64,000 nt of DNA from the NCBI GenBank assembly GCA_903847385.1, contig CAINDO010000440.1, positions 6,129-70,128 on the forward strand. Direction: 5' to 3'. The notes beneath the pieces were generated by a model. It was not told the DNA's origin, did not search any database, and saw only the letters and a list, made by a program, of their open reading frames with translations. Made by a program: the position numbers and the translations under genes. Source of the DNA: an uncultured Myxococcales bacterium. GTDB taxonomy: Bacteria > Myxococcota_A > Bradymonadia > UBA7976 > UBA1532. Positions within the stretch are counted from its first letter, which is position 1, and each line of letters opens with the position of its first letter. This document shows positions 8,868 to 18,003 of this stretch, piece after piece.

Positions 8868-11800
8868 TCAGCGCCGTCGGGTCTCCCGTTCGGCCGATGC
8901 GCGGTAGTTCTCGGCCATCATGGTGCAGAGCCTCGCGGACTCTGGCCACTGCGTTCCGAGGCGCCGGGCGCTGTTCTCCAGCATCTCGGCGAGGATTCGC
9001 TCATGGTACGCGGGGTCGTGCGGGTCGATCTCACGAACGCCCTGGCGGTTGAAATGCGCACGTGCGATCGCCCGTCGGAGCCGCTCGGAGTCGTGCCGCT
9101 TCAGAATTTCGCGCGCCACCGGTGGCGGCCACAGGTCGACCTCGCCCAGGTCCGAGGCGAGGTTGCCGAGGATGTGACCGAGGAAGTCGGCACACCCGAC
9201 GGCGTGGCCCGTCGCGCGACACTGGGCGACGAACGCGTCCGCCCAATTGGGGAGCGTCTCGGGCAGGAACTTCAGATTCAGGCCGAACACCACTCTTTGC
9301 CCGATCCGGCCCAGGTTCGACTCGGGTTGGAGTCTCGTTTCCTCGCCGTCGGGCGTGAACGTCTGCCGGACCACGTCGGCGGCGAAGGCGGGGGAGGTCT
9401 CGAGTGCGCGTCGAATGCGCTCGGGAAGTGGCCCAAAGTCATCGCGAAGGGGCAAGAACTTCAGTTCGAGCGCGACGAGTTCTTCGACCTGAGCCCCGGT
9501 CGCCTCGAGCACGTCGAGGCCAAGCGCAACGACGTCCGAAAACCGGATATCGGGCCGGGTGGGCGTCTCCACGGCCGACAGCGCGGCACGCAGGTGCGTC
9601 GCCTGGGCGCGAACACTCGGCAGGCGTTCCGGCCAGTCCGCGGGCAACGATTCGAGAATCTGGCGCGCGCCACCCCACGCGAGCAACCCGCTCAGGAGAA
9701 TCGTTGCGAGATTGGCGTCCTCCGACCATGGATCGAAGGGCGCGGCCTCCCACCAGGCCGCCTGAATCGGCTCGGGACACGTCGCGAGCCAGTGCAAGAC
9801 AGCCTCCTCGGCGGGCAGCTCTCGCAGCAACGGCTGAGCGACTTCGATGGCACCCCGTCGAAGCAGCTCGTCGAGCCGGTGCAGCCGAGCCTCCACGTCG
9901 AGACGCCTGAAGTACCCAGCGCGGAGCCCGCCGGCGACCGGACCGCGGTCGAGGTCCCAGATCTCGCGGGCGACGCAGTCCGACCACTCCGCGTGTGCAG
10001 CGATGGCCCACCCGAGGCGCGCCGCGCTGTACTCATCGAATTCGGTGAGTTCTGCCGCGTGAAAGAGACAGTCCCCACGCCGGAGGGCGGCGTTCACGAC
10101 CTCCACCAGGCTCGCGTCCGCCCGGCGCAACTTCTCCGCCTCGAAGTCTCGGTACGCCGGAAACTCCCGAATCGACATGCCGTCGAGGTGGTCCGGCTGG
10201 GAGCCGAACATCCACGCGATGTCGCCGAGCCGCACCTCGTCCGGCGCCGGCTGGAGTGCGCCGTAGGCTTGCATCAGAGCTTCGACGGCGTCGCCCTTGA
10301 ACGACCACCATGCGTCGCGAAAGGTCTTGGCGTCGGCGAGATGTTTCCGAAGGGCCCCGCGAACTCGGCGTCGACCGGCCGGTTCGAGTGAGCCCTCTCG
10401 CGATGCTCGCCCCAAGGCATCGAGGCATTGTGTCAGCACATCCTGGCCGAGGATGGGAGAGAGCGCATGCACCAGCGAGGGCCAGACACTGAAGTCGCGC
10501 TCGGCCGTCTTCACGAGTCGATGCACGAGCCACTCGAGGTCACTGTCGGTCATCCGCCCTTGGCCCGGCGCACCCTCGGCCGGGGCGTCGTTGCGACCCT
10601 CCATGAACTCCGGTGGGCCCAAGCCCATCCACATCGCGCCCGAGGGCCGTGGGAGAAGGCCGAGCAGAATCGCGGCGAGCGCCCGGGTCGATGCCCCCCG
10701 CTCGTCCGCCGCGTCGAGCGCCCGCCGGCAACACTCGCCGCCGGTCGCGGAGCTTGCCCATCGAGTCCGCAGGATCGCGTGGAGCGAGGACAACGGACTG
10801 TTGCCGAGCCCGCCGTGCGGCCCGTCGTCTGCGTCTGCGAGCATCAACAGTCGATCGACCACACGCACGAACAGTGCCGGTCCCCACGGGAGCCGTTCCG
10901 GTGCCCACGAGAGCCGTTCCAGCGCCCAGAGCAGTGGAAGTCGGTGTCTCTTCAACGCCTCCGGGTCGAGTGCGTCGAGAAATGCCCCCGGCGCGGTCTC
11001 GGCCAGTGTCTCCAGACACGCCGCGGATGGGGCGGCGAGCGCCCGGCGCACGAGGGTGCCGGCGAGCTGTTCCGCGCGCGTCTTGTCACCCTGCGCGGCG
11101 AACGGGGACCAGCGGATCAGGGCAAGGGCCCGGACGAGGGCGTCGGCCTCGCTGCGCTCGATCGGCTCGGCGTTCTCGGCGACGAGCAGCGCTTCGGCGG
11201 CGTCGAGAATGCGGTGCGCGTTCCCGTTCAACCAGTGCCGTTCGGTCTTTCGCCAGGTGTCGACCGGCGTGCGCCAGCCCCACATCGTACCCCGATCTTC
11301 GAGCGCAATCGGTTCGGCATGGGCAAGGGCCTCGGTTGCGTCCACGACCCGCTCGACCTTCGCTCCAGCGAGGCGGCGAAGCACCACGCCGAGCGGCGCA
11401 CCCGATTTCGGAGACGCGCCGAGGACGAGCGCGGGCCAGACCTCGGCCAGGATCTCGCGCCTGGCCCACGACGCCGATGCGCTCAGGAGCCCTCGCAGCG
11501 CCAGAAACCCGTTGCCGGCGGCCCGCGCTGCCCTGTGAATCGCATCTTGTGGCCAGCGCTCGGCCTCCAGCAGGTCGTGCAATCGCGGCGGAGCGAGGAA
11601 CCGCAAGTGGATCACGGCCGGATCATCGGGCGGGCTTTGTGGCACGCTGGCGTCCGGGCGGCTCCATTCGGTGGATCGAATCACGACATGCGGAGCACGT
11701 GCCGGCAACCGCAGGCGGCCCTCGGGCGTGTCGTCGATGAGAATCAGCCGCTCCGGTGACGACTGGGCGGCGTCGAACGCGGTCCTCGTCGAGATGACGA

Positions 11801-12881
11801 GGGTACGATGGCGAAGCATGGCGAGGGAACCCACCGCATGAGCGGCGAACGCGACGCCCTCGTCCCTGTGCGAAGCCTGAACTTCGACCGAGTGAATCGC
11901 CGGTCGCATTACGGCGCCGAGCAGCGCCGCGACTTCAGCGCTTCGGCCCGCGGCGACTGCGGCCAGTGGCAGGCTCAGCGCCCGAGCGTCGTCGAAGACC
12001 GACTGATCTTCGTCGAAGACCGACTGGTCTTGCCATCGCTTTTCGAAGTCGTCCAGCGAAGAGAGACCGTCGTCCGCGAAGGGTGACCCGATCAACTTCG
12101 AGAACCACCGGCGCACGACCGGGGCCGCATCCAGCCAATGCAGGAGCTGCGGCCGGTCGATGACCCGAACAGCCCGGAAGCCGTGCTTTCGACACTGTGC
12201 GCTGGCCCAGTCCGCCGAGGTCGGCGGCGCGGACCCCCAGAGGTGGGGCGTCACGAACACGACGGTCACATCCGCTGGCAAACGCCCTTCCGCGGCGCAC
12301 TTCGTTTGCGCCGCCGCCAGATCCCGGCCCGCCTTGCTCCGTGCATCGGACTGAACGGAGAACTCCCAGAACGACGGACCCACCGGGACGAAGGGTCCGC
12401 CGAGCCCGCAGGTCACCGCCCCATCCCAACCCTTCCGCTCGGCGTCGTCGCGCAGGAGAAAACGCGGTTGGTCGAGGTCGCGCCACGGGACGGTCGCAAG
12501 TATGAGTCGCCAGACCAGCTCGGGCAACTGCCTCCGCGATTCGAGCGTCGCCGCCCAGCGGTCCAGGTCCATCCGGTTCGGGTCCCAGACACCCCCCGCC
12601 AGCGACCCGATGCGGCCGGTCGCGTCGCCCGCGCTCGGGTCCGGGTCGTCGAGGCGAACCAGACTGGCCACGGACCGGCGCAGCCCGATCGCGAGGCGCT
12701 CGAGGTCTGGACCGGTCAGCGAGGTCTGCTCGCCCGAGAGCAGCCGCGAGATCGTCGACTGCGAGAGGCCGATTCGCTGCGCCCAGGCCCGCTGCGAGAG
12801 GTTTTCAGAAGCGAGACGTTCGGCTATGATCCCGCCGACATCTCGAATCACCGAGATTCTCTCACCAGAGCGCCTGGCCAT
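8868..12881 (-). CDS. XRE-HTH + putative restriction-endonuclease-like domain + long helical region (1337 aa), putative defence protein
   Basis: N-terminal HTH (LSQRAWAQRIGLSQSTISRLLSG); LDRWA...LPELVWRLI...GWDG...P.G.S.WEF...KA..D motif; codon usage less GC3-biased than the flanks. Confidence 0.75.
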   Translation of the reverse strand: MARRSGERISVIRDVGGIIAERLASENLSQRAWAQRIGLSQSTISRLLSGEQTSLTGPDLERLAIGLRRSVASLVRLDDPDPSAGDATGRIGSLAGGVWDPNRMDLDRWAATLESRRQLPELVWRLILATVPWRDLDQPRFLLRDDAERKGWDGAVTCGLGGPFVPVGPSFWEFSVQSDARSKAGRDLAAAQTKCAAEGRLPADVTVVFVTPHLWGSAPPTSADWASAQCRKHGFRAVRVIDRPQLLHWLDAAPVVRRWFSKLIGSPFADDGLSSLDDFEKRWQDQSVFDEDQSVFDDARALSLPLAAVAAGRSAEVAALLGAVMRPAIHSVEVQASHRDEGVAFAAHAVGSLAMLRHRTLVISTRTAFDAAQSSPERLILIDDTPEGRLRLPARAPHVVIRSTEWSRPDASVPQSPPDDPAVIHLRFLAPPRLHDLLEAERWPQDAIHRAARAAGNGFLALRGLLSASASWARREILAEVWPALVLGASPKSGAPLGVVLRRLAGAKVERVVDATEALAHAEPIALEDRGTMWGWRTPVDTWRKTERHWLNGNAHRILDAAEALLVAENAEPIERSEADALVRALALIRWSPFAAQGDKTRAEQLAGTLVRRALAAPSAACLETLAETAPGAFLDALDPEALKRHRLPLLWALERLSWAPERLPWGPALFVRVVDRLLMLADADDGPHGGLGNSPLSSLHAILRTRWASSATGGECCRRALDAADERGASTRALAAILLGLLPRPSGAMWMGLGPPEFMEGRNDAPAEGAPGQGRMTDSDLEWLVHRLVKTAERDFSVWPSLVHALSPILGQDVLTQCLDALGRASREGSLEPAGRRRVRGALRKHLADAKTFRDAWWSFKGDAVEALMQAYGALQPAPDEVRLGDIAWMFGSQPDHLDGMSIREFPAYRDFEAEKLRRADASLVEVVNAALRRGDCLFHAAELTEFDEYSAARLGWAIAAHAEWSDCVAREIWDLDRGPVAGGLRAGYFRRLDVEARLHRLDELLRRGAIEVAQPLLRELPAEEAVLHWLATCPEPIQAAWWEAAPFDPWSEDANLATILLSGLLAWGGARQILESLPADWPERLPSVRAQATHLRAALSAVETPTRPDIRFSDVVALGLDVLEATGAQVEELVALELKFLPLRDDFGPLPERIRRALETSPAFAADVVRQTFTPDGEETRLQPESNLGRIGQRVVFGLNLKFLPETLPNWADAFVAQCRATGHAVGCADFLGHILGNLASDLGEVDLWPPPVAREILKRHDSERLRRAIARAHFNRQGVREIDPHDPAYHERILAEMLENSARRLGTQWPESARLCTMMAENYRASAERETRRR
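11990..12031. repeat. 21-bp tandem duplication inside the HTH-nuclease-like gene
   Basis: cgtcgaagaccgactgatctt / cgtcgaagaccgactggtctt, encoding DQSVFDE-DQSVFDD. Confidence 0.8.
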
Positions 12882-12917
12882 GATTCATTCCAGATTCAAT
12901 GCGAATGAATGAATCAT
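12880..12917. promoter_or_regulatory. 11-bp inverted repeat (putative operator) in the divergent promoter region
   Basis: ATGATTCATTC (12880-12890), 16-bp spacer, GAATGAATCAT (12907-12917); AT-rich; overlaps both start codons. Confidence 0.6.
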
Positions 12918-13472
12918 CTCGAATTCACCGCGCGGAGTCAAATCGTGCTGCAGCCCGTGGACCTCGTGGTCGCCCTGAAGCTTTGCTGCCACGCAGACGG
13001 CCAGCCCGTCTCGCGCGCCGAGAGCGCGGCGTCGCTCGGGATCTCGCGCCGCCGCTTCGACGATGCGGTGACGCGCCTGGTGGCGTCCCGCCTGGCCAGC
13101 GCCGAGAGCCTTCGGCCGCGCGCGCACTCGCTGATGGAGTTCCTCTGCGCGGGTGTCCCCTATTGGCTCCCCGCCGAGGTCGGTGCGATCGCTCGGGGTA
13201 TGCCCGCCGCCACATCCGGTCCGGGGCTCGAGGGACTCGGGCCGATTCAACTCGCCGAAGTGGGTGAATGGGTCTGGCCCGGCGCCCCGGCCCCGTTCGA
13301 TCGGCATGTCGGCAAGGCGCTCCAACCCATCGACCCCATCGTGCCGACGGCCGCGGCGCGCGATCAGCGGCTCTACGAACTTCTGAGCCTGCTCGACACC
13401 CTGCGGGTCGGTCATGTCCGTGAGCGCGACGCCGCGCGCGCCGGCCTGTCGCGACGCCTGGGGCTGACGTGA
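12909..13472 (+). CDS. wHTH-containing AbiEi-like antitoxin/regulator
   Basis: LQPVDLVVALKL, A.SLGIS HTH, LMEFL..G..Y, RG.P.A, VWP and LYELL.L.D.LR.G..RER motifs; coupled to a downstream nucleotidyltransferase. Confidence 0.7.
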   Translation: MNHLEFTARSQIVLQPVDLVVALKLCCHADGQPVSRAESAASLGISRRRFDDAVTRLVASRLASAESLRPRAHSLMEFLCAGVPYWLPAEVGAIARGMPAATSGPGLEGLGPIQLAEVGEWVWPGAPAPFDRHVGKALQPIDPIVPTAAARDQRLYELLSLLDTLRVGHVRERDAARAGLSRRLGLT

Positions 13473-14158
13473 GTCGCGTGCCGATCAGCCGCGCGGTCTT
13501 CGCGACTGTCGCACGAGTGCTCCAGGCAGGCGGTGTGCGGGTCGTCTTCGTCGGCGGCGCGACCGTCCCACTGCGGGTCGATCTCGTCGCCGGCAACGCT
13601 CGGGTGACCGACGACATCGATTGCGTGGTCGATGCGGTGAGCTACGCCGAGTATGCCGCGCTGCTGGACCGGCTCCGTGCCCTGGGCTTCAGCGACGCCC
13701 CGGAAGAGGGCGTCACCTGCCGGATGCGTCTGGGCAGTGTCCTGATGGACTTCATGCCCCGCGCGAACCTCCCGCTGGCGCCGAGCAGTCCGTTCTTCGA
13801 GCGCATCTGGATGGACCCCGACAGCCTCGAGGTCGAGCCGGGCTTCACGATTCCCGTGGCCCGCATCGGCGATCTGTTCGCGACGAAGGTCGAGGCATTT
13901 CTGGACCGCGGTGCTGCCGATCCTTACGCGAGCAAGGACCTGGAAGACCTCGTGACGCTCCTGGACGGGAGAGCCGGCCTCCTCGACGAACTCGACGCAG
14001 CGAGGGCAGAGGTTCGAGTCGCCGCCGCGCGCTGGGCCGCCTGGATGAGCGCGCGCAGGGACGGTGAGGATCTCGTCGCGGCGTGGTTCTGGGGGAGAGA
14101 CGCAGAACGCCGCTCCGCAACGGTCTGGGCGTTGGTCAAACGGCTCGCCGCGCGCTGA
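13469..14158 (+). CDS. Nucleotidyltransferase (AbiEii-like putative toxin)
   Basis: VFVGGA...R.TDDID motif, ATKVEAF.DRG, SKDLED; GTGA overlap with the upstream gene. Confidence 0.75.
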   Translation: MSRVPISRAVFATVARVLQAGGVRVVFVGGATVPLRVDLVAGNARVTDDIDCVVDAVSYAEYAALLDRLRALGFSDAPEEGVTCRMRLGSVLMDFMPRANLPLAPSSPFFERIWMDPDSLEVEPGFTIPVARIGDLFATKVEAFLDRGAADPYASKDLEDLVTLLDGRAGLLDELDAARAEVRVAAARWAAWMSARRDGEDLVAAWFWGRDAERRSATVWALVKRLAAR

Positions 14159-14279
14159 ACACCCGTTCGACGCCCCGTGACCTGGACGATGCTGAGCGGC
14201 GTCTCCTCGTAGACGAGGACCCCGCTCGCGGCGGGGGACGCGGCGCCCAATGCGACCATGAGCGCCATGGGGGCGTTCG

Positions 14280-15224
14280 TCATGGCCAGTCGGGCGCGAG
14301 GCACCGCAACTGGGAGCGCCCGTGGGGCTCCTCGGCGACCGCGCAACGCGCGCCGAACGTTGCGCAATCCAGCGCGACCTCCAAACCCTCCAGACACGCG
14401 CGAATGACGGCGCCGTCGCAGGACTCGCGCGTCTCGTCGCCGGCGCAGGCCGGATCGGGCGCGTTGGGCCGGCACCCCGGGCCCTCGTCCATCATCACGC
14501 AATCGTGGCGCGCGGAATACACTCGGCAGTCAAGACGCCCATCGACACGGGGGACGCCGCTCTCCCGGTCGCACCGGAGGGCCACGCCGTCGACGCACGC
14601 GTCGCCGCTGCATCCGGCGGACTCACCACAAGCGTGGAGACCCTCTTCGATCTCCAAACACGTCTGCCCGGCCAGCACACAAGCCCGGCGCCTCTCGTAC
14701 CCACCGATGCATTCGACGACGAAGTCACCTTCACACCGTGACACGCCCTCCACATCGCACGGCGCGCCGACGCAGCTCGGGTGAATGTCTTCGTCCTCGT
14801 TGGGGGCAAGGCGACACACGGACACCGGCCCCCCGACTGCGGGGCAGGAGGTGCGCTCGACGTAGGCCTCACCGTTCGGCTGACTCGAACACGAGGTGCG
14901 CGTCGTGTCCCCCTCACAGGCGGACAGCGTCGACTCGGCGTCACAGCGCTCGCCCAGGTCCAGACAGGCCAAGACCGCCGGACAGTCGGCCGCGCCACGG
15001 ACGCAATCGACTTGGTCGTGGAGGGCGACGCGCAGCGCAGGCCCGCCGACGGCGAGCCCCTGGAGGACTCTGCCGAGCGCCGCGCCCGCCGGAGACCCGG
15101 TGCATACGCTCATCCGCACCGCGTACGCGACGAGATAGGGGTCGTGAAGGCCGGTCGGCGACCGGTCCCCCGAGCACCCGCCGAAGAGCGCGATGCCGAC
15201 CCACGTTGTTTCGAAGCGTCCCAT
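14280..15224 (-). CDS. Cys-rich lipoprotein
   Basis: [17 protein letters not shown] lipobox; repeated C.G.....C modules; ATGA overlap with the DUF2330 gene. Confidence 0.7.
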   Translation of the reverse strand: MGRFETTWVGIALFGGCSGDRSPTGLHDPYLVAYAVRMSVCTGSPAGAALGRVLQGLAVGGPALRVALHDQVDCVRGAADCPAVLACLDLGERCDAESTLSACEGDTTRTSCSSQPNGEAYVERTSCPAVGGPVSVCRLAPNEDEDIHPSCVGAPCDVEGVSRCEGDFVVECIGGYERRRACVLAGQTCLEIEEGLHACGESAGCSGDACVDGVALRCDRESGVPRVDGRLDCRVYSARHDCVMMDEGPGCRPNAPDPACAGDETRESCDGAVIRACLEGLEVALDCATFGARCAVAEEPHGRSQLRCLAPDWP

Positions 15225-16888
15225 CAAGCGCGCCGCCCCCGCCGCCGCACGAACATCCACCGCCCGACGAGCAGGCCGGCCATCCACGGCACCGACGTCG
15301 GCAGGCGCGGTCTCGCGGGGGCCTGCAGGGGCGCCGCGTCGGCCTCGATCCCATCGGCCGTGACGCTCTCGGGCCCGCCGCCCGGGCCGAAGCGCGGGGT
15401 GTTCGCCCCCACGGCCTCGCAGCGCACGAAGCCGCTCGGGTCGACGAACGCGCCGGCGCCGGCGCCGCAGACACAGGCCGGGAAGCCGTTCTTCAACACA
15501 CAGTGTCCGTCGCCGCACGCGTAGACGTTGCAGGGGTCGAAGCTGCCCTGGGCGCCCGCCGCCTCGTCCGTGATGCCCAGGGGGCTCTCGCGGGGCGTGC
15601 AGGTCACGCGCGCCCGGCGATCCGGGCCGATGACCGGCTGCGCAACGTCGCCCTCGGCGCAGAGACAGTGGGCGGCCTGGCCGGACTCGGCGGCACACTC
15701 CGCGCCCGCGCCGCAGTAGTTGTCGAAACATGCGCTCGGCGCGGCGGCGGCGGTGCAGGCGTCGATGGGCGTCTGGCTCGACAGGTCGACGATCGCGGGC
15801 GCGGTGTTTCGACCGGGTCCGGGCACGAAGACCGGGTCCTGGGTCATGTGTTGCGCGCTGAGGCGCGTGTAGAAGCGGGTGACCCAGGGGAAGCCCGTGG
15901 TCCGCTTTTCCATCCCGGGCAGGGGCAGGTCGACACCATGGGCGCCGGTGTATTCGAGCACCCAGCGCTGGCCGTCCGACTCGTCCGCGAGGCGCGCGAC
16001 CCACTCGAAGTAGTTGGTCTGCAGGGTCACCGGGTCGAAGACGATGCCCTCCGGATCGGGCAGCACGCTCTCACCGCCGAACCGCCCGAAGGTCGCGTCG
16101 CCGAGGATGTGAACGCCGATGCCCATCAGCGGCTGTGCGGCGACGGCGGTGAGCCGCAACGGGATGGCAGGCCCCGAGGCCTCGTAACACAGGACCACGG
16201 GGGCGATGTTCTGTGCGGTCTTGCCGTCCCGCAGGCGAAACGCCGCGAACTTCAGGTGCTCGTCGACATAGGCCGCGACGGCCGGGCGCATGTTGTCGGA
16301 GAAGTTGAAGCCGTTGTCGCGCAGCCACGTGATCAGCTCGTCGGCGCTCTCGCTGCCCACCACGACCGCCTCGTAGTTGTCCGTCGTGACCTCGGAGTAC
16401 ACCGTGACGGGCGGCTCGGTCTCGTCTGCGTTGCCACTGCCGCCGGCATCGCCCATGGCCGAGGTCGACGTGTCGTCGCCACACCCGCACCCGGACGACG
16501 CTTCGCCGCCACCGGAGTCCGGGAACCTGCACGCCGAGTAGTCGTACGGCGGCGGAAGCACCGTCAGCCCCGTCACCGCGTCCAGGCGCGCGAACAACGC
16601 CGGATCGGACTCGGCGATGGTGGGCACGGCGGGCACGGGCACGATCCAGGCGAAGGTGTCCGCGGCGCCGCGGTACTGGATCTGCACGTGGGAGCAGACG
16701 ATGCCGGCGGCGGAGTCGACCACGAAGACGATGCGCTCGCCGTTCTGGTCCACGGGCGCCGGCGCGCCGCCCCCGGCGCCGGTGTTGGCGCAGAAGAGCC
16801 CACCGCAAGCGAGCGCGGGCGCAGGCTCAAGAGCGGCGCCGAACAGCGAGAGCCCGAGCGCGACGCGATGATGGAACGCTGACCCCAT
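15224..16888 (-). CDS. DUF2330-family secreted protein with EGF-like C-terminus and membrane tail
   Basis: Signal peptide then ACGGLFC...[15 protein letters not shown]...[23 protein letters not shown] motifs. Confidence 0.8.
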   Translation of the reverse strand: MGSAFHHRVALGLSLFGAALEPAPALACGGLFCANTGAGGGAPAPVDQNGERIVFVVDSAAGIVCSHVQIQYRGAADTFAWIVPVPAVPTIAESDPALFARLDAVTGLTVLPPPYDYSACRFPDSGGGEASSGCGCGDDTSTSAMGDAGGSGNADETEPPVTVYSEVTTDNYEAVVVGSESADELITWLRDNGFNFSDNMRPAVAAYVDEHLKFAAFRLRDGKTAQNIAPVVLCYEASGPAIPLRLTAVAAQPLMGIGVHILGDATFGRFGGESVLPDPEGIVFDPVTLQTNYFEWVARLADESDGQRWVLEYTGAHGVDLPLPGMEKRTTGFPWVTRFYTRLSAQHMTQDPVFVPGPGRNTAPAIVDLSSQTPIDACTAAAAPSACFDNYCGAGAECAAESGQAAHCLCAEGDVAQPVIGPDRRARVTCTPRESPLGITDEAAGAQGSFDPCNVYACGDGHCVLKNGFPACVCGAGAGAFVDPSGFVRCEAVGANTPRFGPGGGPESVTADGIEADAAPLQAPARPRLPTSVPWMAGLLVGRWMFVRRRGRRA

Positions 16889-16941
16889 GGAACGCCCTCC
16901 CGCCGGGTGCCGAAGTCGACCGAGCGCCGACCATACCCCGA

Positions 16942-18000
16942 ATGGCCGACCCATCGCCACGCCGGCCCGCCTGCTCCTATGATGCCACCGTGCACGCGCT
17001 CCTCCCCCGCCCCGCGCCGGCCGACCTCGAGACGCTCGGCGTCCCGGCGGGGCTGCACTTCGACTGCGATGCCCCGGCGCGGCCCGGCTTTCGCGTCGAG
17101 CTCGCCGTCGGGCGTCGGATCCGCGTCGTGTCCGGCGCGCAGGTGCTCCTCCACGCGCGGCCCGGGCCTGCCTACCGGGGCGTGACGCTGCTGCGAGGCG
17201 CCGAGGCCGCGCCTTCACCCTGGCCTCACCTCGGCCCGCGCGACGTCGCCGCGGTCTCGCGAAACGCCGATCCGGGCGATGGGTTGGCGTGGTTCGACGC
17301 GTGGGCCCGGTACATCGTCCGCCTGCTGAACGCGCCCGCGCTGCGCCTCGCCGGCCCGCTCCACCGGGGCACGTGGCGCGTCGAACCGGCCGCCTTGCTC
17401 CGCCCCGATGCCGGTGCGCCACCGCCGGGCCACCGCGCTGTGTTCGCGCCGGATCACGACACCACCGGTTTCGGGCTCGACGCCGCGAGCCCCCTGAGCT
17501 TCGAGAGCTGGTGGCTCAACGGCTCGGGCGCGCTCTTGCCGATGCGCGCGGCGAGCCCCGCCGAGGCCGGCCGGGTCAAGGCGCTGCACAAGCTCGCCCG
17601 CGCCGGGACACTCCCGCCGCTCGTCCTGCTGTTCGTCAGCGGGCTGGACATGTACCTGCTGCTCGATGGCCACGCTCGCCTTCGCGCCGGGCTGCTGGAG
17701 GGTCGGCTGCCGCCGGCGCTGGCGTTGTCGCGCGTCCGCTACTTCCCCTATGCGCCGGACCCGCGGCGCGACACCGCCCTCGCCGGGATGGAGCGCGCGT
17801 TGGACCACGCGCAGGGGCCCGCGACGATCGAGCGCCTCAACCGGAGTGTCCTGGCGCTGTTCGCCGAGGGCGACTGGCGGGCCCGCACGCGCGGTTGGCC
17901 CGTGCCCGGAGGCGCCGGCGCGTGGGACGCCGAGGTCGCCGATCGTTTGCGCACGCTGGGTCTGACCGGCGCGCCGGAAGCGGCGGGGCTGCTCGGCTGA
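16942..18000 (+). CDS. Hypothetical protein with ParB/Srx-like motif
   Basis: LPPLVLL...[11 protein letters not shown] resembles the ParB-like DGHxR signature. Confidence 0.55.
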   Translation: MADPSPRRPACSYDATVHALLPRPAPADLETLGVPAGLHFDCDAPARPGFRVELAVGRRIRVVSGAQVLLHARPGPAYRGVTLLRGAEAAPSPWPHLGPRDVAAVSRNADPGDGLAWFDAWARYIVRLLNAPALRLAGPLHRGTWRVEPAALLRPDAGAPPPGHRAVFAPDHDTTGFGLDAASPLSFESWWLNGSGALLPMRAASPAEAGRVKALHKLARAGTLPPLVLLFVSGLDMYLLLDGHARLRAGLLEGRLPPALALSRVRYFPYAPDPRRDTALAGMERALDHAQGPATIERLNRSVLALFAEGDWRARTRGWPVPGGAGAWDAEVADRLRTLGLTGAPEAAGLLG

Positions 18001-18003
18001 GGC

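Noticed and set aside
8836-14280. Mobile element call for the putative defence island
   Set aside because: I found no integrase, transposase, terminal inverted repeats or direct repeats; only the compositional shift supports foreign origin.
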